Source: Oopsacas minuta
Lineage: Eukaryota; Animalia; Porifera
Length of the DNA: 64,000 nucleotides
Direction: 5' to 3'
NCBI GenBank assembly: GCA_024704765.1
Contig: JAKMXF010000277.1
Span: forward strand, 1-64,000
Shown here piece by piece: positions 1 to 9,942 of the stretch. A model generated the notes under the pieces. The model made no database searches, had not been told where the DNA came from, and worked only from the letters and a program-made list of their open reading frames with translations. A program made the translations under genes and the position numbers. Positions within the stretch are counted from its first letter, which is position 1. Every line of letters begins with the position of its first letter.

Positions 1-475
1 GGGAAGACATTCTCGCTCCTTTCCTTGTTTTCCAAAAAATTCTCACGCCCCCCGGTTCACCCTTTTCAGCTAGAATCCAATCAAACGCCATCCGCCTACA
101 TTCATCTACTTGAAATAACCTTTAAGTCCTCCTCTATGGTTCAGTTCATAACTAATCAAGTCAACACTCCGATCAGCTAGTCAACTAGCACAGAAATCCA
201 CACAGCCGTCCCCTTGGTTCACCCTTTTCAGCTAGAATCCAATCAAAGTCTCGCTCGTCCATATTTGAAACACTTTCGTGTATCTCATACTTCGACGCAT
301 TAACACACATCATCGATTGTCTAGTTATCTAGAATACTGGGAAGACATTCTCGCTCCTTTCCTTGTTTTCCAAAAAATTCTCACGCCCCCCGGTTCACCC
401 TTTTCAGCTAGAATCCAATCAAACGCCATCCGCCTACATTCATCTACTTGAAATAACCTTTAAGTCCTCCTCTAT
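1..475. repeat. Direct repeat with 338-bp period; window starts inside the first copy
   Basis: 1..137 is identical to 339..475. A 32-bp core GGTTCACCCTTTTCAGCTAGAATCCAATCAAA occurs at 54..85, 216..247 and 392..423. Confidence 0.9.
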
Positions 476-476
476 A

Positions 477-725
477 CTAGTTATAAGATCATGTTCTTAT
501 AAGAGATGCTGGTTATAACAATTTGTTCTTATTTATGACATGCTGGTTATAAGAATATGTTCTTATACAATACATGCTGGTTACATGAACTTGTTCTTAT
601 ATATGATATGCTGGTTATAAGAACTTGTTCTTATATACGTCATGCTCTTTATAAGAATTTGTTCTTGTATAGATGTGCTCGATCCATGAACACTATGTTC
701 AGTTCTCGACGATGTTCTTATAACC
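477..725. repeat. Degenerate minisatellite, unit about 32-34 bp with an internal palindrome
   Basis: About 6-7 units of TGCTGGTTATAAGAACTTGTTCTTATA(N6-8). TATAAGAAC/GTTCTTATA form an inverted repeat. Confidence 0.85.
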
Positions 726-976
726 TGCACTAACTGTACCACTTGTTAATTTATTTGATGAATGTTTCATAGTTTAACTATTCCAGCACCCTATGCATTA
801 TATACTCCATAATATTTCAAATATCCAAATCATAATTCTAGGCTCTTTACAATTATAAGAATCAATCAACATACGCAATAATTGTAATTCCAATCACTTC
901 TTCAGCATCTCCAATATTTCTAGGTTCAGTTAGATAGGAATTTATATTTGGAAGTTCTGAGGTGATTGACATTTCG

Positions 977-1106
977 AGAGAACTCTATCAGAAATTTGAG
1001 CAGAGGCGAGGGAATAAATGAGAGAATTCTGTCAGAAAATTAAGCAGAGGTGAGGAAAGAATTGAGAGAATTCTGTTATAAAATTGGGCAGAGGTGGTGA
1101 AGAAAT
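977..1106. repeat. Three degenerate purine-rich tandem units of about 43-44 bp
   Basis: GAGAGAATTCTGTYA(N)AAATT(N)GCAGAGG recurs near 977, 1020 and 1064. Confidence 0.6.
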
Positions 1107-1925
1107 GAGACTAAGACTGTGACACTGCAAGAGAGAAAGAGAATGGGAGCGTGGAGGTGGAAAGAGAATAAAGAGTTGCGATATCTGAGAAAGAAATAGA
1201 AGAAATATACAATTAACAAATATTGCTCGTATTTATACTCTTTTCACTATCGCAGGTGTTGCAGGTGTTGCAAACATTTCAGTTGTTGCAGGTGGTAACT
1301 ACGAAATAATATAGTTTATACTGAACATGTTGTGACACCTGCAGCTCACCAGCTAGTATATATACGATCAGAATTGAACATAATAATTACGTTTTCCTCT
1401 TCTCTTCTCTTTTCTTAATTCGAAACCAGTTGTGAAAGATCCATTAAGTCCCTAGTGCATTCACAGCAGGCATACAAGGCTGAAAGTTTGAAAGATTACC
1501 ACCAAATTATTCATATTTTTTGTATATATTGGTAACTCAAACTGTTGTAACAATGAGAAATTATATTATATATAAACCAGGGCTCTAAACGTGAAAATTA
1601 CGATATAGTACTAAGTAGACCAAGGATCTTGTAGTACATGTAAACAAGAAATCGTGAATTGAGAGGGCTGATAATCGTGATTATTATTGTAACAAAGATC
1701 TTATAATTATAAGAACCAGCGGTAATTCTAGCTGCAATTAAATCATGTAGACTAACTGGGCATATCCAATAAGGTAACATCTACTTGCTGTAATTTATGT
1801 TACTAAAAGTATTGCTTGATGAGGCTTAATTATATAAATTTAATCACAACATTTACATACAATCTACAAACAGTAATTCAAAAGCAATGTCTTTGCTAAT
1901 AATTATTAATCAAGCTGTTTGCACA

Positions 1926-2626
<701 letters not shown>

Positions 2627-3111
2627 TAGTTCTTGCTGTTGAGTTGTAAGGAAGATGAGATAATATAATAATCAATTAGAAATGAGAGTTCAATTTATAG
2701 TAAAGAGCTATGTAAGTATTTTTAGAAGAAATATAAAATCTATAATTAGTTTCAATACATATAAATTGGTATTGAATGCATGGATTAATATGCAAGAACT
2801 AGTTTGGATTACAAAAAGGATGTTTTGCTGACATCGGACACTTTCTAGATAGCCAATACTTCTAGCCGTCTCTCAAACGAATATTGAATAGCCAAGTTAT
2901 TTATAGTTGAGAAAAGAAATCTATATTTAGTTAGACAATTAAATGAACTAAATGAATCATTAATTGCTTATGAATAGTGTCAGATTTCCGCAGGTGTCCT
3001 ACGTATTTGTTAAGCCACTTAAGTGTGCGGTCTAATTGTAAGAGAATTCGATAATTTAATAATTTTGCATGAATCAATTTAAAACACTAAAATTTCTAAT
3101 AAATTCGATTA

Positions 3112-4014
3112 CTACATATTTTTAAGAATAATCATAGCACATTCATAAGTGACAAACGTAACAGCTGATGAAGGGATTACCCGCATTAAATGAGCAGACA
3201 TACCTCCGTACAGTCCCCGTCTCCCTTCCTCTCTGAACACAACTCTCAGGGTTTGGAAGAAATGAATATACTTCTTCTTTCTTCCTTCCTCCCTGAGACG
3301 AGTACGTGCTACCTCATGCGGGTAGAAAGACATAGCAGCTATTGATTTAGCTGTAACTGCATACGTCACATAACTCAGAATATTCTCCAAATCTAAACCT
3401 GAAATTTTTTCACGTCTGTGACTAGATCGCGCTTTTAATCGCTCATACACCATAAATACTAAAGCAGTCTCCCCGATACCCACATAACTAGCGGACAGAC
3501 CCCGCATGAATCCCTTAGGCCCTTCAGTCCTTAGGATAGTCTTAATTAAGTTCATCAATCCTCTCCGTCTCATTTTATCAGAAGATATCTGTAGCTTAGT
3601 CTTAAGAACCCAAATAGGATTAGTAATGGTAGTAGCAGTAGAACCGCCAATGAATGCAGATACCATATGCAGCTGATTACTACCAGGAGTTATTACACCA
3701 CTGTTTCCTAACCAGATCTTACTACGCTCGTACATTAAGAAGTAAATAGCTTTAGATGGAGTTATACCTATGAGATGAGGAGCTAATCCTTTGTAGAAAG
3801 CAAAGAATCCTTCTTTCTTGAACATTAACTGCATGTAATGAGCGAGAGCAAAGGTTGGAGCATTAGTATTGGTAGGGGTGAAGTGTACAGATCTGACCTG
3901 AGCAGATTGTAGACGGACTTTAAACACTTCGATAGGACAAGTGATGAAAGCCGCAGCCGAGCCTGCCATAGCTCCAGCAGTGAATTGCATTAGAGCCAAT
4001 TTATCAAATGCCAT
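3112..4014 (-). CDS. SLC25A36: Mitochondrial pyrimidine-nucleotide carrier (SLC25A33/36, Rim2-like), intronless
   Basis: Three carrier signatures Px[DE]xx[KR]xR: PIEVFKVRLQ, PIWVLKTKLQ, PHEVARTRLRE. The WVxKT and HEVxRTRLRE variants are typical of this subfamily. Confidence 0.85.
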   Translation of the reverse strand: MAFDKLALMQFTAGAMAGSAAAFITCPIEVFKVRLQSAQVRSVHFTPTNTNAPTFALAHYMQLMFKKEGFFAFYKGLAPHLIGITPSKAIYFLMYERSKIWLGNSGVITPGSNQLHMVSAFIGGSTATTITNPIWVLKTKLQISSDKMRRRGLMNLIKTILRTEGPKGFMRGLSASYVGIGETALVFMVYERLKARSSHRREKISGLDLENILSYVTYAVTAKSIAAMSFYPHEVARTRLREEGRKKKYIHFFQTLRVVFREEGRRGLYGGMSAHLMRVIPSSAVTFVTYECAMIILKNM

Positions 4015-4088
4015 AACTAATTTGTATAAGAATATAAAATATATAATAATTACGTCATCGGTAAACTAGTTAATATTATTTAAATCGA

Positions 4089-5739
4089 TTAATTTGTAAG
4101 ATAAACAGCTTTGAAAAGTTGTCTAAAGTTCTTAGCTAACTCAGTCTCTTCCTGTTTAGAAATAATACATTTCTTCCAATCAATATTATCAGGTTGATTC
4201 AGTATTCTCTCATCACATATAATACATCTAGCGAAGTGTATATCAAATCTCTTCCTAATGTGATGTAGTAGAGAACTGCCATCAGAGAATTCTATATGTA
4301 AATACGGGTAACCAGGTCCTACCACATCAGCTAGTATCGTGTTAGCTGTAAGCAGGTTAAACTCGAACCCAGCATCCTTACAGTACTCTACACACACAGA
4401 TCTGAGTATATCTACTGACAAATGTTCAGGGACTGGTATAGCTTGTATCTGTAGGTGATTAGATTTGAAGTTACGCTCGTATAATATAATACCAAATCCT
4501 TTAGACTTGAAGTATGCCTTAAGCATGAATTTGTATTTAATCAGCTCCTCCATAACATCGCTGGGAGCTTCATTAACAGCAGCTATATGACTGATAGGTA
4601 GAATAAGAACGTGATCCCTGTGTAGTCCTCCCTTAGCAAGAGCTAGATAGGTTAGGGTCTGTATGTGTACTACCAGGTGCTTCTCTACATCAGGACTAGA
4701 TAGACAGAACCAGCAGGAATCTATGACGTCATGCTTAAACTTGTGTTTACTATCGACTGGAGATGTCTGTCTAGATCTCTTACTATCTGTATTCATATCT
4801 TCTCTATTGCTTCTTTTACGAGTCTTTTCAAAAAAAAAGCTCTGTTCTTCTTCCTGGAACTCACTGCCTGTTTGTAGGTCTGTATACGGACTATCTGTAG
4901 TACCTATAATACAAATAATATATTAATGTCCTAGAATATTATAATACAAAATACTAACCTATAGGTTGTGTTAACAGAACAAGAGGGTGAATAGCTGTGA
5001 TCGGTTCTGTGTTAAATGCGTATAAAGCTTTATTCTGTTTGTCTGGATTACCAAAGTTGGCAAGAGCTATGAACCTGGTTACGTGGGTAGATCTCTCAGA
5101 TAGTATAGTATGATTCCTATATGGTGATCTTTCTAGGAACCTATTTTGTAATGCAGCAAAATGGTACCTCGGTTTAAGAGCTAAACAGGCTAAACTGATC
5201 GGATATGATCCTATAGAAGTATCTACAGAAGAGCCTGTTAGGTTTAATACTTGACTCGGCCATTCAGAAGTTAAAAACAGATCAACTCCAGTAATACCTT
5301 CCTTCCTGCAGTATCCCAGTAAATAGTTAAGTTCCATTTCTGTAAAGTAACAACTCTGTTCACGACTCATATTCCTGAATTCTGTAGCCTTGTATACTCC
5401 ACTCAAATAAGCTATTCTCAATCCATTAGCAGCTTTATACACACCGTGAGTACCCAAGTAAATAAGGTTAGGACATATCTCCGTACCTGTAGCTGTGAAT
5501 TTAGAATAACTGCTGGTCCCTTTAGGATCATTTGGCCCGAGTATAAAGGTTGGTATTTGTATCTGGGATTTGCCTGACAAATAAGACTCAAATTCTGTAT
5601 CTTTATCATCATTTCCTGAGAAGAATGAACCAACACAGAATAGCATATCAAATGAACCAGATTTCTTCTCAATATTCTTAATTTTAGTCAGCAAAGATTG
5701 CAAATTTCCGAGTAAATCTCCACACACAAGAATCTTCAT
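4089..5739 (-). CDS. CWF19L1: CWF19-like protein 1, about 531 aa; exons 5739-4959 and 4903-4089
   Basis: N-terminal phosphoesterase-like fold (ILVCGD, DMLFCVGSFF, LKPRYHFAA) and CwfJ C-terminal domains (CWFCLSSPDVEKHLVV). A 55-nt GT-AG intron (4904-4958) joins the two ORFs in frame. Confidence 0.93.
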
Positions 5740-5922
5740 TGCGGCTAAGAATCAAAGGAATTACAGAATATCAATTCATTCATAACAATCAGCTGGTAGA
5801 CATAAGCGGGTCTATTTTATAAATGAACCAAATGCATTAAAATATTATTTCATATTTTTGATGTTGTACTGAAGCTAATAATAATAATTAAGGGTGTACA
5901 TGTATAACATACAATTTCGCTA

Positions 5923-5989
5923 CAGTAGATGCCGGTTATAACAACCTCTTAGGAGTGGCAGTACATGTCCTTATAACCGGTATCTACTG
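5923..5989. mobile_element. 67-bp MITE (family E)
   Basis: TIR CAGTAGATGCCGGTTATAA vs TTATAACCGGTATCTACTG (18/19 match), flanked by TA on both sides. Related sequence near 16595-16675 and 39477-39560. Confidence 0.75.
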
Positions 5990-6053
5990 TAAATAGCAAA
6001 ATCATTGTAAGTCACTACCAATTAATTAAGTGTGAATATATATATTTAATATG

Positions 6054-7101
6054 TCATCTAAGTCCTAGTTTCTTCTTCTCAACAGTTTTCTTTTTTACCA
6101 TTTCTAAACTACGATCTTTCCAGATACTCTTCCTTAACTTAACCGGTCTATTTCCTATATATCTACCATTAACTTCCTTCAGGGCTGACAGGAAATCTTT
6201 GGGATCTTTGAAAGAAGCAAATCCATAACCTTTACTTTTGTGAGATCTCTTATCTCTAATAACTTTAACTTTCTGCAGAGATTTGTACGGACTAAAAGCT
6301 CTCAATAAAGTATCGTCATTAACCTCATTGCCGAGATCCCCACAGAATATCCTGTAGTCATCAGGATCCCAATCCTCCATACTATTGTCTAGCCAGATCT
6401 GTCCTGCAGCTGATCGTAATAGTTTCTTCTTCCTCTTATCGAGTGTTTTACGTTTAGGCGTCTTCTTAGGAACAGAACTGCTAGCTTCCTCAGATTTATC
6501 TATAATAATAAAGTTCAGTTATAACAAAGCTCAAGGGACCGCAAAAAATACTTAAAATATATCTGTGTTCTATATAACGGGAGTTGATTGTATATTAAAT
6601 GAGTTACTTCTAACCTGTCTTATCATCCTTATGATTATTAATATTAGCCTGTACAGCTGTAGGAATGAATGGAGGAGGTTTATGTACAGTTAGTAATGGT
6701 ATTATAGTCTGAGTAGGTATACAGAATGACGTCATAGGAATTGGTTGAGGAGGCAAGTAAGGCTGTTTTACCTATAAACAGTACAATATAAAGTACACCC
6801 ATATATGGTAATATTATATACTTACAGGCTGTGTATAAAGTTGTGCTTGTAATGATGGAGGAGGTGATGGTGTGGGATGTAACAGTGCGCTATCAATGGC
6901 AACGGGCTGTTGGAATGTCTGTATATTCCCAGGCAGTAAGGGACGGAATTGAGAAGGATCTGGTATAGCTACATTAGGGTATATGGGAGGGGGAGGGAGG
7001 AGGTTGAAATGATCAGGGGGAGGACCGGGAGGCTTGTCTAGTCCTGATAATATCTCTTCTTCGAAACGATGCAATTCCTTCTCAAGGCGATCTCTGTTCA
7101 T
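6054..7101 (-). CDS. RBM42: RNA-binding protein 42, about 292 aa; exons 7101-6826, 6771-6615, 6499-6054
   Basis: Pro-rich N-terminus, then LLRSAAGQIWLDNSMEDWDPDDYRIFCGDLGNEVNDD and a C-terminal RRM (KSKGYGFASF, YIGNRPVKLRKS). Splice phases are consistent. Confidence 0.92.
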
Positions 7102-7225
7102 TGATAACTAATGAATTGAAAAATAGAATAATAATAATAATAATAATAATATAGTTAGCTATTTCTGTAGAAATGATCTGTTCTAATCCCAAGTTAATGA
7201 ACAGCAAAACTTTATAGAAATCGAT

Positions 7226-9796
7226 TTAATAAACAAAAGGTTTATCACTAACAGCAGCAAATACATCACCAGCTTTCTGTTTAAGCTGTACATATCCTTT
7301 CCTGTCGCCTGTCAAACTCTTGACAAGTGCTTTAAGATTATACAACTGAGCTAAATCAGGTATATCTTCTACAGGGAGATTTTTGCTTAAGTTCTCAGCC
7401 ATATGAATCATCTTAGCAGCATAGCTTAATGCACCTAATGATATGTATACATGAGATAGCTCTATCATAGAGCTAAACACTAATCCCTGTAGTTGTAGCT
7501 GCTGTGTAGGAGAGCACTGAGCTCCTGCTATATTCAATACAGCTACAGATCCCTCAAGACAATGTTTACTCAATTCCATTTGTTTATTATAAGACAGCTC
7601 TACTCCATATCTATACAGCAGTTTAGCATGCTCCATTTGCTGCACAGGGCTTAGCTTAGTCATAGCTCTCTCGTATAGATTAGCAGCTTGCTGGTAGTAA
7701 CTATGACCATTAGTAGTCTCTCCTAATAACAGATAAGCTCTGCCTAGCTGCGAATAAGTATTAGCTAGCTCTACTAGAGGAGTAGACTGGTTAGATTCCT
7801 GTATAGAAGCTATCTCTCTGAGTGTAGCAACAACAGATCCTGGAGTATCATACAGCTTCTGTTTAGCTGCTCTGAACCTTAGACCTGCTACTCTATCTGC
7901 TAGCAATATAGAGTTATTCATAGCTAGTAAGTAATCACCGTGATTGGATAAGAGACGAGACTTTATTACGTCACACCCGTGAGATATTTCGCAATCTTTC
8001 TCATAATCTCTAGCCAATGATTGCATAACTCTATGTAGATATGATAGCTTATGTAGCTGCTTAGGATCTGCAATAGAAATATTCGTATTAATACCAGGAA
8101 GGGAAGATCTGTACTTCTGTAAATGTAGAGCTGGATTAAATGTAGAAAGTTTACTGAGTAGAGAAGAGGTGTGTAGTGTCTTACCTCGCGAAACTTCTAT
8201 CTGTTCCATCTGCGGAATTGTCTTAAGTTCAAACAAATCAGCCGCTAGACTGTGTATCTCCTCGCTGCGAAATTTCACACCTTGGAACCCATTAGATAGA
8301 TCATTTTCCCATCGAAATAATGGAGACTCTTTGAGTATTTGAAGAGCCAAAGGACATTCGAATTTAAATACTTTAGGCTTTCTAATATTATTCATTAATT
8401 CAATCATTTGCTTTCTCTTCTTCCAAGTATGCTTAACAAACTCCCAATACCCCATATCAGTTTCTGGAACATCTGGAATTGATATTTGAGATTCCTTTAT
8501 ATAAGATATTGCTGTGTTAGCTCTTAGCTGTTCTTCTAACTCAAGTAAGGGTGTATGCAGATACGATATTAATGTGCTTACAGGTAATACGTGTGTAGGA
8601 CTTAATTTGGCTAGTAAATCTACAGAATGCTGAGATACACGTGTAGAATTAATCACCAAAACAAGTTCTATTAGTTGTAACTGAGTGAGTGGAGGAAATG
8701 AAGAGATTCTTAGGTTGTCTACGTCGCACTTCAATTCCTGTGGGAGTTGTTGTTGTAGCGAATTAGTAATTGACTGTAAATTTACAGAATTTGTAGGATT
8801 ATCAAATGACAATTTGCCTGATAATCTTTTCAATAAACTTAATGAATGACAAATCAATGAAAATACTTGGAAATTCTTTGTAATGCAATTGAATGTTTCT
8901 GCAATTATTCTACTATCTTTATCATCAAAACCAAATCCTTGAATCCAATTTTCCAACCTTTCTGCCTCCAACTTTGTTCTATTCAGATTAATTTCTAAAT
9001 TTACTTTAGTGTCCAGAGACTGTCTTGAAGTAACGACGAGTAGAGACGGGATTTTCCAGAATTTATTGGATATTATTGCTTGATAATCCTGCAAACTATC
9101 AACATTATCCAATATACAAATAACCTGTTTCTTCCTGACAGAATCATTAATACTAGATAACAGAGCTCCTATCTGCTCATCAGTATAATCGCGGTAATTA
9201 ACAGATATTTCAGAGCTGGGTACTTGCAATAACGACGCACATTTCAGGAAAGATTCAAACATACTCTCTTTACCACTCATGTCTATAGTCATGACGTAAT
9301 AATTCGGTTTATATAGCTTACGTATAAAACTGTTATCTCTATCTTTACTAAGAAGTTCCTCTACAAATTGTCTAGCTAGCTCTGTCTTACCGCTTCCTCT
9401 CTCACCTACAATTGATACAATACGACCTGTAGTATACTTGCTACTTCCTGTCTCATTATTTAGCAATATTAACTGCTCATTCAATCTATACAGACTATGT
9501 AAGGGTGTTACAGGCAAGCAATTGAATGCATTTACACTCTTAGACTTTGCTCCTTTCTTTTTCTTCTGAGCCCATTCCACAACACTAGCTACACTAACTA
9601 CCAATACACAGACTAACAGGGCTATCTGTGTGAAGGGATTATCGTCCCAGAACTTCTTAGCACGTTTCGCTAAAGAAGGCTTATTCGTAATTAATATTTG
9701 AATATTCTGACTGAATTGAACTCTACGTAACTTTATAATAGCAGAATTCCTATAGAGAGGTAATGCTATGCGAAATTGTGCTAAGAATCTAATCAT
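7226..9796 (-). CDS. Intronless STAND-class (NB-ARC-like) P-loop NTPase with N-terminal presequence-like segment and TM helix, and C-terminal TPR-like repeats
   Basis: Walker A GERGSGKT, Walker B ICILDNVD, sensor-like LVVTSR, hydrophobic IALLVCVLVVSVASVVEW, TPR-like LANTYSQLGRAYLLLGETTNGHSYYQQAANLY. The ORF track starts at GTG 9808; the first ATG is 9796. Confidence 0.75.
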   Translation of the reverse strand: MIRFLAQFRIALPLYRNSAIIKLRRVQFSQNIQILITNKPSLAKRAKKFWDDNPFTQIALLVCVLVVSVASVVEWAQKKKKGAKSKSVNAFNCLPVTPLHSLYRLNEQLILLNNETGSSKYTTGRIVSIVGERGSGKTELARQFVEELLSKDRDNSFIRKLYKPNYYVMTIDMSGKESMFESFLKCASLLQVPSSEISVNYRDYTDEQIGALLSSINDSVRKKQVICILDNVDSLQDYQAIISNKFWKIPSLLVVTSRQSLDTKVNLEINLNRTKLEAERLENWIQGFGFDDKDSRIIAETFNCITKNFQVFSLICHSLSLLKRLSGKLSFDNPTNSVNLQSITNSLQQQLPQELKCDVDNLRISSFPPLTQLQLIELVLVINSTRVSQHSVDLLAKLSPTHVLPVSTLISYLHTPLLELEEQLRANTAISYIKESQISIPDVPETDMGYWEFVKHTWKKRKQMIELMNNIRKPKVFKFECPLALQILKESPLFRWENDLSNGFQGVKFRSEEIHSLAADLFELKTIPQMEQIEVSRGKTLHTSSLLSKLSTFNPALHLQKYRSSLPGINTNISIADPKQLHKLSYLHRVMQSLARDYEKDCEISHGCDVIKSRLLSNHGDYLLAMNNSILLADRVAGLRFRAAKQKLYDTPGSVVATLREIASIQESNQSTPLVELANTYSQLGRAYLLLGETTNGHSYYQQAANLYERAMTKLSPVQQMEHAKLLYRYGVELSYNKQMELSKHCLEGSVAVLNIAGAQCSPTQQLQLQGLVFSSMIELSHVYISLGALSYAAKMIHMAENLSKNLPVEDIPDLAQLYNLKALVKSLTGDRKGYVQLKQKAGDVFAAVSDKPFVY

Positions 9797-9942
9797 CTGT
9801 GTAAACACATAAAAATTTAATAACAGAAATAAAAATTTAAAAAAGTATAAACAACAAATCTGGATGAAATAGAAGTAACAAAAGTCATAATAAATGATAG
9901 GATTTGACTATCTTCTATTATATAGAATACAGTCTATTTCAT

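Noticed and set aside
477-725. CRISPR-like array of palindromic repeats
   Set aside because: Inter-repeat segments are only about 6-10 nt and degenerate, the repeats diverge, no cas genes are present, and the context is intron-containing eukaryotic DNA.
1253-1350. Repeated GCAGGTG (E-box-like) motifs
   Set aside because: Part of a short simple repeat downstream of Rac1, with no associated promoter evidence.
4089-5739. CWF19L1 as two genes or a frameshifted pseudogene (A-run at 4830-4838)
   Set aside because: A 55-nt GT-AG intron joins the ORFs in frame, and the A-run reads as in-frame Phe codons on the minus strand.
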